DNA of 64,000 nt, taken from the NCBI GenBank assembly GCA_907165135.1, contig OU015569.1, positions 9,114,001-9,178,000 on the forward strand. The letters are read 5' to 3'. The DNA comes from Oikopleura dioica (lineage: Eukaryota > Animalia > Chordata). Below are positions 36,852 to 49,931 of the stretch, in pieces. Positions within the stretch are counted from its first letter, which is position 1; every line of letters begins with the position of its first letter. A program made the translations under genes and the position numbers. Below the pieces are notes generated by a model. It saw only the letters and a list, made by a program, of their open reading frames with translations, was not told where the DNA came from and ran no database searches.

Positions 36852-39800
36852 TTAGGATGATACTGTACTATTGATTACCATTATGGCTCCATCGGCTTCT
36901 TCGCGAACTTCCGTTTGGCCAAACTGATTCCCCTAAAGAACGTCTCAAATCAATTCATTTTTTATAGTTACCAGAATTGTTGAGCGACTACTCCTGCTCT
37001 TCACCCTGATCGAGTTCAGAATCCTATGTCGCAACGAAGTTCCCGATAATGAGTAGATCAAGGGATTAAGAATCGTGTTCAAATACTCTCGCGGGATTTT
37101 GGCTGTATTCTTATTAACGACTTACTTGGAAGAAAACAGTATTAAAGAAACATTGTTCTAGTAGTCTTTTAGGGGAGCTATGACAGATTGCTAAAGAGGG
37201 AAAACCCCTTCCAGGACACATGTCGTTGCTTAAACTAGGGTCGCCACCGAGGACCCTTCTTGGTAGTCTGGTCGATCGGTCACTTCTAACACCGGTTTAA
37301 ACCGACGGACTTCTCGACTTGTCCTCGAGAAAGCCCATCTGGTGGATTTCAAATAATTCCGTTATGATTTTATATCCGGCGAAAGAGAACCCGATCGAGT
37401 CCGGACCAAGTCGGAGTCGGTGCCGACCCTAGTTGCCAAATGCCAGAGACCAACGCCACCCTGGCCTCCATTTTCTATGCCGCTCATACCTATAAACCGT
37501 ACAGTATTTAATCGAATCAGCGGTAGCCCCATATGGAGCGTCATTATAAAAAGAGACTTACTTTCCGTCAGTGGAGCCGAAAAGGAGCCAGGCTGTGAAC
37601 GTCCAAGGTCAGATATGATGTTGGAAATATTGACAGGTGCCCAACATACTAAGAAGCAGAAAACAATGAGAACAGCAAACTGAAAAGAACTGAAAACGCT
37701 GTCACCGGAATATCTTTGGGAATCATTATTCAACATCAAAATACAGTCGCAGTTCCTTTCTTGGTAATTCTTCTTTTACGGGCGCCAACAAATGTTTTTC
37801 TACTTCTGCTCCTCAAACTTTGTGTCCGAACAACAATCATCAGAGCGCGGATCATTCCTTGGCGAAGACTTATCATTTTTCGATTAAACGAAAACCCTTA
37901 CCGACATTGCAAAATATCATAATTACTAGGGGAATAAGAAAACTTACGCCCATTCTCACGGTGTAATAGTAGAAGTCCCAAAACCGTGAATTTCCAAAGT
38001 CAGGGCTGCAAGATCGTTCAGTGCATTCAGGGATGTCTTGAAAGTCAAAGCTTTCTTCTATCGGCGCGGTGCTGTCCAATCTTATTCGAAACAATCAAAT
38101 TTTCTTCATTAATCAATTTGGCTTACTTGCGGATGGAATTGTTGAAGTTTCGTTTCATTTCTTTTTTCTAGGTCAATCAAGAGAAGGACTGGATTCGAAT
38201 AAACATATGATGCGTTAAAGTGCATATTGACTTTTGCCTGATATGCAGCTTTCGGAAGAGCGCATTCGAAAGGTTATTTGGGAAAAATAGGCGGTTGGCG
38301 CGGCGCATAGGAAAGAAAATAACCACAGAAATATGGTGATGAATATAGCATAAACTCGCGTTCGATATTTTCTCATTCTTTTTTAGTTAGAAAGAGCTTT
38401 TACGTTTCCGCTTACCGTATAGGGTAAGTGACAGCGAGGAATCTATCAATTGATAAGGCACTGTAAATAGGTCTTAATAATGCAACGATAACTGACGTTT
38501 CGAAGTTATTGGCATAGATAAAGAGTCTTTTCTTCATTAAAAAGAATGAGGGCGCGAATGCACTGCAGAAGACGACTCATTTAAATTCGAATTCGAATAA
38601 CGACATTAGTGACTCTCCATAATATCACTAAGCTAATGAGACCCTGTCAAACGGTATAAGCAGAGTTATACATCGACATGTAAAGCAGTCCAGTCAGAAT
38701 TTTACAGCCCAGTTTGCCGTAAATAAAATCACGGAAGAATATCGAGGTTGCCTAATCATGGTTCCCAGTAAATAATTTATGGCTGCAAAGTCAATTAGTA
38801 AAACTATAAATATTGAGGGAACCAAACAAAAATGGCAGCGTCGCCACAAAAATAAAGTCAGCCATCGCTTTTTCCAGGTTACAAATTCAGTAATGCAATA
38901 TTTGAAATAATTTTATTCTTATGAATTTATTATTTGTAACTTGACCAAATTACAAAGAAACACTTCTGTCATAGAAGGGATCTTTTAGAATTTTATAAAG
39001 GCTGAACCAATAGTATACTTATAGATCATCGAGTTGTTTAATAAGCTTAAAAACTATCCTTGAGGACAAGGGCCAATGAAGAAATAAGAAGGCCATTTCC
39101 AATTAACCCTAATAGATATTAATTATGTGGACGATATGTTTTTTAATTTGAGCTTGATAGTTGATACTAAAAAAGTCACTCACCGAATATAGAAATGGCT
39201 ATATAAATAAATCCGACAACAAGGTACTGTCCTCCCATTTATCTTTCGTCTTCTAACACAGAAATTTTCATTATAGAGTCTCTTGTGGCTTTACATATCC
39301 TCTGTTTTCTCTACAGGACATCTAGTGCTCTTGTCAGTTGCCTCTTTGAAGGGATATTTTAGTTGAAATTTTACATTGCTACGACATGGTGTGCCTTCCC
39401 CTAATCTAGCCATTACTCTCGCGCACCCTCCTCGGGCACATTGAATTCATTTTCAGGTGACACGAATCTAAGGACTTCTTCAGACTTTGTTTATTTCTGA
39501 GAAGTCATCAATATTGAATAAGGATTCATAAAGAAAATTAGGCTGATGATTATCAATCTTTCATTTGGATTAATAATCGCAGCTCGGAAAAATCTGATAA
39601 AGAAGTTTATTATGTCAGATACAGAATTGATATTTTTTGGAGAAAAATTTCCTTCGCTAACTCAAATTTTCTCAAAACATCATTTTAACAGAAAATCAGC
39701 TTTTGGCCTGAAGAAGAATTTCCCTACGTGAAGAATGTAATTATGAGTAGAACGGCAAAGGCTATGAACTTTTTCGGTTCTGATATACTTGATTGCTTCA

Positions 39801-39962
39801 TGCGTTGATCTTTTAAATTTGGCAGGGATGGGCCGAAAACCCCAGAAACTTATCATCACAATAGCCAAAGAAGAACAACAGTTTGGTTGCTTTTCATCTC
39901 ATGTGCGATTTTACAGTAACTGACATAGAGTGAGTTCACTTCGCAAAAGTCAAGCAATTCAT
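36852..39962 (-). CDS. Class A (rhodopsin-like) peptide/chemoattractant-type GPCR
   Basis: TM2 AMADFIFVATLPF, TM3 GCKIL...SIDRFLAVTYP, TM5 GVSFLIPLVIMIFCNV, TM6 FCFLVCWAPVNI, TM7 YLNTILNPLIY. The 5' end is approximate. Confidence 0.85.
37235..37431. mobile_element. Short MITE-like element with TAGGG termini inside the GPCR TM7 intron
   Basis: Left end (ac)tagggtcgccaccga and right end tcggtgccgacccta(gt) form a 17-bp inverted repeat with one mismatch. No clear 8-bp TSD. Confidence 0.55.
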
Positions 39963-39983
39963 CAATACAATGAATACGCGAGA

Positions 39984-41367
39984 TCAGAACCGTTCCTGAA
40001 TGGAAACAAAAGTGCAACATAAGGTCCGCCTTGAAGAGAACACATTACCGACTCGGTCTCGATTTTTACTAAAGGTAAAGTAAATCATTCTTATTCAGCA
40101 AATGAATTGTACCTGTAAATGTTGAGAGCAATACCAGAAAAGACGATGGCTCCGCTCCAGACGTACTGCATTGTGAAAGGTTTCGTGAAAAAGATGAAGG
40201 ACATGATAATAGACAAGGCTTTTCTAAAGGTAGTGACGGTAACAGCGAGCAACGCGCCGTAGCTCTTCACCATCGACAGCACGAATAAGATACCCATGTA
40301 GCCGACGAACGAGAAGAGAAAGGAGAGCCAATAGATTTGGGGGTGTTCGTTGCAATAGGTAAACGCCGGCATGAATGTGCCCGTCAGAATTTCGCCAAGG
40401 AAAATGTAGCAAAAACCGATCGAGTAGCTGAAGAGGACCACTTCCGCATTGTTAGCTTTGAATGCTTTCATCGTTTTTTCTTGGACATTTCCAATAACGG
40501 CGTCGGCGCACAATGCTGCGGAGATCAAACCAACCTAAACAATTTTGTTTTGGACGACACATGAAGGGAACCCTACCCCCATTATGTCAAACTTGGGCGA
40601 GACGGATTGATCGGCAATTGTGAAGAAAATTAATCCACAGGTCATAAGAACTACTGCAATGAAATCGAGAAGAGTGTAGCGTTTGTTCTGAATGAAAATC
40701 CCTCCAATCATCACAGGTATAAGTTTGCAACATTTGAAGATCACTTGTGTCGGGTAATTTAAATAACCTGAACCGATAACTAGCAAAAATCTGCCTTGCT
40801 GGAAAACAAACCTAGGGACGTGTTTGAGCAGCCCATTGTGGCGACTGTGAGAAAGGCGAGGAAGGCATATGTCAAAAGTGGAATTTTACGCTCGGCTGCG
40901 AAGAGGTTGATTGTTTGAAATCATAATAATATAGAGCTTTACTTGAAAATCAGACCGCTTTCTTTGAAAATCAGTTTTTGCTCTACGAAACCGAAAATCG
41001 TGTACCAAAAAAACTGCATAAGTGTAAGATGCCACCCATATGGTCTGAACCAAAGCGTAAGAGATAGTGATCCACAGAAGTTAAGAATTCTTCCACTTTT
41101 GAGTTCAATTATATCTTACTTGAAGTCGCCAAAGCTAAAGATCCACTCTTGAAGATATCCGTAAAGAACGAAAAAGAAGAATATTGACAAGCTGCAAGCT
41201 ACGAATTGACCACTTCGGCCCAATTTGGCCAAGCTGACGCCACAAACGATTACGGGTGGTTGATCATGCTCTTTCAGAGTTCTTTTCGGGCCAGAGAGCT
41301 CGTCAGCTGCTACCAGGACTTCTTTTTCCTCTGAAAACTCTTCTTTTAAAATATTCACTCGCTGCAT
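39984..41367 (-). CDS. SLC35B3: PAPS transporter 2
   Basis: FFFVLYGYLQEWIF, KPYGWHLTLMQF, SNTSLGYLNYPTQVIFKCCKLIPVMIGG, LCADAVIGNVQEK, AVTVTTFRKALSI..SF.FFTKPFT.QY. Confidence 0.93.
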
Positions 41368-42991
41368 TTTGATTTTAACCAATAGAATTGACGAAAGAAC
41401 AGAAGCAAAACATTTTGATCAGACTTCACATTGTCCCTTTTTAGTAACGAAAAAGCGCCCTTATCTACGTGCTAAGAATAGTCACAAAATAAACAAAGGT
41501 TCTGACTTTAATTTCTAGCATTTCAAGATACACACTTAGAAAGTAAAGTGAATGTAAGATCTTTTTCGTGAAAAACTATGATTAATTTATTGTTTCATTA
41601 CTTACGATTCATGAATATGTCGTGAAGTGCCGTTAAAACTCTTCTGGTTGCTTGCTTTTAAACTCTCAGGGCTCGTGCTTACGACGAGTATACTAGTGGA
41701 TTTTCATCCTTGCATGCTGATAATTGCGATCGAACCGGTTGCTGATCCAGCCAAAATAAAAAAGATGATCTGGCCCGGAGCGCCTGGCTCAAGAGTAATG
41801 ACTTTTTATGAGAAAAATTATTACTGCTTTCCTGAATTCTTGCGAAAGCGTATTTTCAGACAAGAGGATTTAAATTGACGAGAATTTGATTCTTTACGGG
41901 CCATCTAAAGGAGCTTAGAAGGCCTGAGAGCGATAGCTTCAGTTTGAAGTTGGATTTATTCGTCAGCTAGGAAGACTCGCGAAAAAATAAAGAAAAGGTC
42001 TGATAAGGACCTGGAAAATTTGTTGTATGAACGAGTTGCTCGTTGTTTTTTTTAGTTTTTTGGAACTATTCAAGGCAGATGGAAACTGACTGGCACAACG
42101 GGAAATCAGCGTCAGTGTTTGCTGTCGGTCACTGTGGCGTCATGTCTGGATATACAGAAATATAATTTCATCTCAAATCTGTTGCTTATCGCCCAGGGAA
42201 CGTCAGAAGAGGAGTCAGGGTCACCAAAGTTATATACAGGAGCAGGCATATTCAGATCTATCTTTGTACCCGGGACGAAACTCTAGTTTCATGAATCGTC
42301 TTCGTTGATGTCGACGTGGTATTGATCGGGCCGAGTGTTATCAAAGTTTTCAAGGAGGAATAGAGTGGAAGGGGAATCGTTCTAGTGCTCAGTAATTGAC
42401 AGTGACAAAGACTGAGATACTGAGACAGGACTTTGAGAGGCCATTTGGGACATGGTCATGTCTGACGTTCGATTCAGGTATGACACCGAGTTGCCATTTA
42501 CGGGGCCCTGGCTCGTTGTTCGAGGTCCCATTCGTTGAAGAATAGACTAAACAGGGTAATTTTGTGTTAAGAAAATGAAGTAACAAACACCAGCTAAACC
42601 CATTTATTGAATTCAATAAACGGGACTTCTTTAACAAACAACACCAAACGCTAGGGTCGACAATGATGCCACCTAGCAATCAAGATTAATTAACTGTTTA
42701 TTAAAACTTCTGATTACTAACTAGTCTGACTATTATTCATCGGTCTGGTTCTTAGAGTATGAGTTTGTTGAGAAAGAATTGAATTGGATGAATTTGATGA
42801 TTATGATTTTTCGAAAGCGTGTCATGACTGTCGGTTTAATCATTGCCGACCCGGATAAAATTAGGTTCATCTGATTATTATGTATTTTCGTGAACATTTT
42901 GGCAGGTGAACTTAGGAACATGTGGGATCAGAGGTGGTTGATCAGTGAGAAAGTGAGTGCAATATGAAGCGAGCAATGGTTTAACGATTTT

Positions 42992-43576
42992 TCAGTCAAT
43001 AACGATACGGGGCGATGTCGCAACCAATTGTTGTTTGATTTCATTAATCAAATTTTTACTAGTTTTGTGAAAGCAGATGTTAGAGACATGAAGCTTTCTG
43101 GCCGGTTGACCGGAAAGAAAATCGCGTTGAAGTTGAAAAGTGGGAACGACTTCATTGATGTGTTTTCCCATAACCGACAAAAGAAGGGAAATGTCTGTTA
43201 TGTTATCTACTTCTCGTGGAATAACAAGCTTAAGCTTGGAAAAACTTGGATTTTCATAATATGCCACTTGTATCTTGGCTACCGTAAAGTTTTCGGCCTT
43301 ACGAACTTTTCCGAACTTAGTGGCGGCCTTAGGTTTCGATTGCAAGGGAGAGGGAAGCTTTACTGGTCTATCAGGACATGAGCAGAACGTGTTTTCACAA
43401 AAGATGTTATCACAAACGTGGTCAACAATCATAGGATCAAGAGTAGACGGTGAAGGCGACTTATCAACAACCGAGTTAGCTTTAGAGGGAATCGGGAGAA
43501 ACTTAAAGGTTCGTTTTCCAGGATACTGAACTTGGATAGAGCTGATTATGCATTGTGGGTTGATGTTTATAATCAC
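42992..43576 (-). other. Unexplained 194-codon ORF followed by broken coding-like sequence; possible decayed retroelement ORF1 or orphan gene
   Basis: Intron-free ORF in an otherwise intron-dense window. A-rich sense strand, with fragmented ORFs downstream (42921-42200). No RT or endonuclease motif was seen. Confidence 0.3.
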
Positions 43577-43983
43577 GGAGACGGACTACAATTGTGCAGT
43601 AAGAAAAAATACGTTATATAATGAAAAAGTAGTTTCAGTTATACCATGCTAATGAAATGGATGAAGCTTATAAAATGAATTATATTAATAAAATGGGCCT
43701 GGCAGTGACTTTTACGAGTGTGAAGTTCTTTTGGTCAGTGTCGGAATTTCGGATCTTAGAATGATCCATGATTTTTGAAATTGCTTTGTTAACTAAGAAA
43801 GGACTGGAAGTCAAATGTCCACTCTATCGAGAGCGACAGAATTTGAAGCTTCCAATTGAGTACTTGTGGTGGGAACCTTGAGTGCTTTCGATGAGGTTTT
43901 GGGATGAATAATCAGAATTAACTTATATCTTGAGTATTGTGTTACTGTAGACATTTGTACTACTAGCAACCACACAAGTTGTG

Positions 43984-46143
43984 TCATACCTGGATGTCGC
44001 CAGGGTTGGTGTGCGGATCCCGCGAATGTGGCATTTCTGATAGTTGAATCGGAGAGTTGTGAATCGTTGTCACAGGTTTGTTGATAGTATAAGAAGGAGG
44101 AGCGGACGGAAGAGTACGGATTTCATTGATTTGCGAGGCTGGTCCGTCTGAGTACTCCATGATATTAAGGCGAGCGGAGTCAGTTTTTATGTCGAGAGCA
44201 CTTTCGGGCGGCGCCTGCTGTTCAATGGTTTCGTTCATTCCATTGATAGATTTCGGAGGGATGCGCGCTTCGGGATGTTTCTCGCGAACATGCTTCAGCA
44301 TATTAGGCCTGAAAAAATTATAATCTACTAAACAACGATGAATTACCTTGAAGCCCAACCACGTCCGCAAACTTTGCATTTGTGAGGTTTCACCCCATTA
44401 TGAGTGTTCATGTGGTCTCGTAGCGTGACAGTTCGCATGAAACCCTAGGGCACAGATTGAGACATATCTTTTTGTTAAAAACGTACCTTTCCGCAAATTT
44501 CGCATTTGAAAGGCCTCTTCGCCGCCAGCTCGTGGCGTTTCTTATGTGCGGCTAGGGAGGTCTCTCTGACATGCTTTCCGCATTCTTCGCACTCGACCAT
44601 GTTTTGTTGTTCCTCTGGGACGAATGGGGCGAGTGCTTTCGGCGAAGGATCCATTGCTACAACAGCATTCTGCCCGTTCTGCAGAGACAGCTGAGTCGAA
44701 TCATGTTTTACAGTGGTGACAGAATGACCGTTGTGACTCTGAGAAAACTTTGTGTCAGAAACGCTGCTGTTGAATAGCGGAGTAGTTACATTTTGCTGTG
44801 GACTAAGCATGTGTTGCGTCGGCTGTTGTTGCCCGTGCACGTTTCGCTGATGCTTTTGCAGCAACAAAGCGGTGGGAAACTTCATGCCGCATCCGTCTGC
44901 GTGACAAACATGAAGCTTCTGCATAAACTGAACATATGAATGTTCATTGCAAATTTTTGTAATTTACCTGTGCCGATGATGCGATAGGCGCACTGGGTGG
45001 AGTTACTTGGGTCAGTTGAGTTTTGTTGTTTATAGTGACTGTTTGATCTTTGAGGTCTTTATGTACACTTTGGACATGCTGCTTGATATATTGCTTCGTA
45101 TTGTACTCCTTTCCGCAGATATGACAAGCGAACTTCTTCTTTTGTCCCTGAAGAATAATTGTAGGATGCTCATAGCGTCAATACAAAGAAAAATTGAAGG
45201 GTACATCCTAAAGCTCTATATTTTGGTGCATTACTTTCACAACCATTGATGGGGATTTTTGGCCATCTGATCCAATCTGCATTGAACGTGGAGGTGCGCC
45301 ATTCTGTGTGATTTGAGGCTCGATCGTCATCTGGCTGTTTGGTATGGGCGAGTGACTGTACGGACTGTGATGCTGAGGGGTCATCCGCTGGTCTTGTACA
45401 TCTTGCTGGGGGCGGTATTTGTCTTGAAGGTGATCGTCCATTGATTGGAATTGAATTTGTTGACCAGCGCTATCGTTCTTCTCGTTCGTGTAGCGCATTT
45501 TGTCGTAAGAGGAGGAATGCTGTTGAAGGGCGATGCCTGATAATGAGACTGAGGTGACTTCCGGGAACTTTATCCGGTCTGACAGGGGGTTCATGTGCGA
45601 TTCTGTGCGACTGTGGTCGCCAAGCAAGAGCTCTTCGAGCGCGGCTGCTCTTGAATCCAATCGTTGCCTTAAAAAGAAGAATGGTTAAAAGGCTTTCTAA
45701 CTCGATTATTTACCTCACAACAAGCATATCCAAGCGACGAACAGCATCGGTCAACTGACTGTTCATTCCAGAAGCATCAGAATGATTTAATGGCAAAAGC
45801 CACCGCGAGTCTGCTGGTTGAATAAAGCGGTATTTACGTCTTAGCTGGGAGTCGCGAGCTACATTTTACTGTTGGTTCATATTAAGAAGTAATTGGATAC
45901 CTAATAGCTCGTTGAGAGAGTGGGATAACGCGTTGAACTGGCGTTGGTAGTCCGAAAATCGAGATATAACAGATGCTGGGGCTAACCAAACAACATTAAA
46001 ATTAAAGAACTAACGGCCAAGTTACCTGTGCCGAGATCGAGGTATGCCATGCCATTGACGTAGTTTATTCCTGGCGTATGAGGCATTCCGGGATTGTGAG
46101 GCATTGTCCCGTTAACCGGGTTAGCAAGCACCCCCATTTCCAT
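43984..46143 (-). CDS. C2H2 zinc finger transcription factor
   Basis: FACHICGKEYNTKQYIKQHVQSVH, CHADGCGMKFPTALLLQKHQRNVH, CEECGK...HKKRH, FKCEICGKGF...LRDHMNTHNGVKPHKCKVCGRG. Gln/Pro/His-rich N-terminal region. Confidence 0.85.
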
Positions 46144-46376
46144 CTTATTCGAGATTCCGACTTCAAGCCTCTGATCTAAATATGACAGGTTAACCGAGCC
46201 AAGAGCAGATATAGCTATTTATTGAACTTTCCAGTAAAGCATGTAAGTATGCACTAGCCCATAAAATTTAACAACAGGTACATGTAATAAGTGCGCAATA
46301 TTATCTTTTTAAAAATCGGTATCCTTTGGAGAGCTAAAAAAAACTAAAGATATGATGAAGAATTTCGAGGAGTTCA

Positions 46377-47421
46377 TCAGGCGGTGTCCATAGTTTCAAT
46401 GGTTTCGTCGACAACAACAGCGGTCATCTAAACGTTTATCTAATAGAAAATTCTTTAAAAACTGTATCACCTTCTCACTCAGAACAGGAGTGGTACCGGG
46501 CTTGAATGAGTATTTTCCAAGTCGGACGCCCTTGTCACAAACGACGTCGTATTCACGGAGGTAGTCAGTTTTGTCTTTTGTGATGACGACTAAGTCAACC
46601 TGAGAGCCAGAGTATCCATCAGAAAGAATACCAGATGCGATAGCATCCCGGACAAGCTTTTTAGCCTAAAACAATTAGATTTATACGCCAAAGATTGGTG
46701 AGTACCTGTTCTTCATTCATGCCGGGTCTCCAGCCATCCTCAAGAACAGACATGGCAGCAAGAGAACCAGAACCCATAGTTGTGTAGGGAAGTTTCGCAG
46801 TAGATCCATAAGGATGGATCTGGATAACATGGGCGCCAGCAGGATCGATACCTCCAAGAATGAGACCAGCAGAGACATGTCCCTAAAAAAAAGATGTTTT
46901 TTTTCAGATTATATTCCAGTTTATTACTTGGTAATAGAAAAGATGCTGAGCAAGCTGTCTGCAAGCGGTGCCAACACGAGGAGTTCGACCAGTGTTTAAT
47001 TTGTGGAGCTCCATCTTTGTCGAGGTCATTGTTGTCACTTGATCACAGTCAGCAGAAGTGCCAGATCCACAGCAATAGATATTATCCTGAATTTAAACTT
47101 ATTGGCCGCCACCTCATTTTCAAACTGACTGTAATTCGATGAATTTTGAAGCAGCGTTTCTCAGCAATTGTGTCGCCGGATGTCGCCCGGGTATCGGCAC
47201 CCATCACAACACCACCCTCGAACACGCATCCAGCAAGAGTTGTTCCCGTCTTGTGCAACTTTGGTGTGGGAACTTTCTAAGGAAAAATAATCAAAACGAA
47301 AAATAAACAAACTATGTACCTTTTCTTTAATAAGGTTGAGATTTCTCTCATAGTTTTCGAAGTTAAAGCCTCTCTTTGGCTCAAGCTCCTTCCATTGCTC
47401 GGCGTTATCAGCGACGACCAT
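46377..47421 (-). CDS. PSMB7: Proteasome subunit beta type-7 (beta2)
   Basis: Propeptide followed by KTG|[44 protein letters not shown]. Confidence 0.93.
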
Positions 47422-47516
47422 TCTAAAATGACCACCATATTAATGCACGGCTTATAAAAATAAAGTGTTATCATTAGGCAATACAAAAATATAGATCAAT
47501 AGATAAATACGAGTGA

Positions 47517-49580
47517 TTATTCCCAAATTTTGACGGTGCCATCTGCTGCTGAAGACACGAGCAGCTCTCCAAGTGGATCAAACTGAACGCAGTTTACAGA
47601 GGTCTCGTGGTCTCGCAGTTGAACCCTGAATAAAAGAAGTGAATATAGGAATATACCGGAAGAGTAAACAAACCGTTTCATAGTTTCGAATTCGACGATC
47701 TCGATCACGCCATTATCCAAGCCAACAGCTATAATCTCTTGTCCAATGTCCCACGACGTGGAATGACCCTCGCAGCCCAAGCTTATCTCATGCTCTACTT
47801 GAATCATTCGTACGTCCCAGATCAACAACTAAAATGTATTTAGAATTTTGCTGAGCGCACAAGAAACTCCTAGTCAACTAATTTGAATACCTTTCCGCTG
47901 CAGTCGACAGATGCGATTTTATTTCCACCGGGCGAGAAAGTTGCGTGATTGATTGGACTTGTGTGTGCAAGGAAGTTCTGGTGACAGAGACCTGTTCGAG
48001 CGTCCCATAATCTCATACTCTTGTCGGTTGAAGCAGTAAGAAGCGCGTTAGAACCGTAGACAAATTCACAGCTCATCACAGCGCGGTTATGGCCTCTGAG
48101 GGTGTTCCTGCATCGCTGCGATCCCAAATCCCAGATCTTGGCCGTATTATCCATTGAACAAGAAGCGATGAACTGACCACAAGTATGCCAAGCGACAGAC
48201 CAAGTTCCTTGAGTATGGTCGTCAAAGTCAGCCACACACGCTTCTTTCTCTAAGTTCCAAAGTCGAACGCTACGGTCACCACTAGAAGTCGCGAGATATT
48301 CACCATCCGGAGAGAATTTGGCGCAACTGACCCAGTCCGAGTGTCCAGAACCGGCGAGTAGACAGTCGCCAGTGGCCATGTCGACAACCTGCCAAGTGTG
48401 ATCATCCGAGGCCGTACAGATTTTGTGCTTGTTTGGGTGAATATCTACCCAGGCGACAGGCATCTGGTGACAGACGTGCGTCTGCGAGACACGAATAGAA
48501 CTCATCTTAGTGGACATGGACGATTTCACAAGACATGTGGTTGATTCCATTAGAGGATTGATACGTCTATCTGTGGGGAAAACCGAGTCCCGAAGGGCAG
48601 CAGGACCTTCATGTGCTGTTCCCGACGAAACAGATGGTGTGTTTGTGTCCGCTCTTGGAGAGAGTTTGGGCGATGACGGGTCGATTTCAGATGTTTTTGT
48701 AACAGTTGGGCGGAACACACGATCCTCAGATCCATCCATAGATTCCTTCTCATTTATTGGCATTGCTGAGAGTATTCCAACCAGTCGGTCACGTTCAAGT
48801 GTGATGAGCATTTTCTCCTTCATGGCTGTTTGGTATTTGGCTTGTAGTTTACTAAATAGTGAGCTAGCGGGGCGTCCAGATATCAAAAGGTCACCTCAAT
48901 TCCTCGGGATAATTAGCGTAGTGAGTTTTCGTGACTTTCAGATCATGTATAAACTTCGACTTTTCTTGTTCCAAACGGCTGTGGTGCATTTTATGATAGT
49001 CTTTTTCTTTTCGTAATTTTGAGAATAAAGGTTTCAATTCATCGATCTGAGATTTGACAATTTCGAATTGAAAGATGAACTACTCTTACCTGGTTTTCTA
49101 GTTGTGACTTTTCGTGTCTTAGCCTCGCTAATTGATCAAGCATGAGTTGATTTTCCAAGTAAACGGATCTAACCTTCTCCCGGTCGCCGCGCTTTATGAT
49201 GCCCTTTTGCTCCTTTTCGAACCATTCAGCTTGGAACTTGGCCAGTGTTTTCATGAAACCCATTTTGGCGAAGTAGTTTCGGATGAAGTCATCTATGGTT
49301 TCAGGCTGGGGACCAAGATGCTCAAACTTCAAGTCGTAGGCTCGTTGTTCGCGCGCTCTGTCATCAGCCATTTTCTCGTCCGCAAGTCGCTGTACATGAT
49401 ATAGATCTCCTGAGTAACGCATTCAGAACAAGACATTCAGAAATCTTTCTTACCGTCGCCGGGAATATCTTTTGATGGGATGACTGGTGGAAGAGGAGAG
49501 AGCGTCGCCCGGGAGCTACACTCACTCATCGCGAGCTCCTCGAGCATGTACTTCCCCTCGACTTCTAGCGTCTCATTCAT
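47517..49580 (-). CDS. SPAG16: Sperm-associated antigen 16 (PF20-like WD40 central-pair protein)
   Basis: PETIDDFIRNYFAKMGFMKTL..FQAEW, DYHKMHH.RL.QEK, KEKML..LERDR, then seven WD40 repeats. Confidence 0.9.
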
Positions 49581-49931
49581 TCTGGAAATAAACTGTTATC
49601 GATTGATGGGACTTTGATTTATATGAAAGAATCTTCTTTTTCTTAAAAATATTAAAAGAAAAACAGAAAACGTGAAGAAATAACATGACGGGGATTAATT
49701 AGCGCGAAAGAAACAGAAAATTTATCATTTTCAAGGCACTGTTGGCCGTGATAGCTTTATGACGAACAATTTCATAAAAATTATCAAGGTACAATGAAAA
49801 AGGTCAATGGAAGTTAAAGTAATACTTTAATAATTTTTAATAATTAAAAAATGGGTAATTGGTTTTGCAAGTTCGAAAGAAAATCTTTGAAGAACTGTAT
49901 AATGAACTTAACGATAGAGATAAATTTCTTT

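Noticed and set aside
39740-39815. Duplicated RSTH peptide in GPCR ICL1 suggesting another in-frame GA..AT intron (57 nt)
   Set aside because: The region is in frame, and alternative GC-AG or GT-AG solutions or simple retention fit equally well. It cannot be decided without transcripts.
26967-49580. Two axonemal genes (DNAL1, SPAG16) in one window as a cilia cluster
   Set aside because: They are 20 kb apart with unrelated genes between them, which is compatible with chance.
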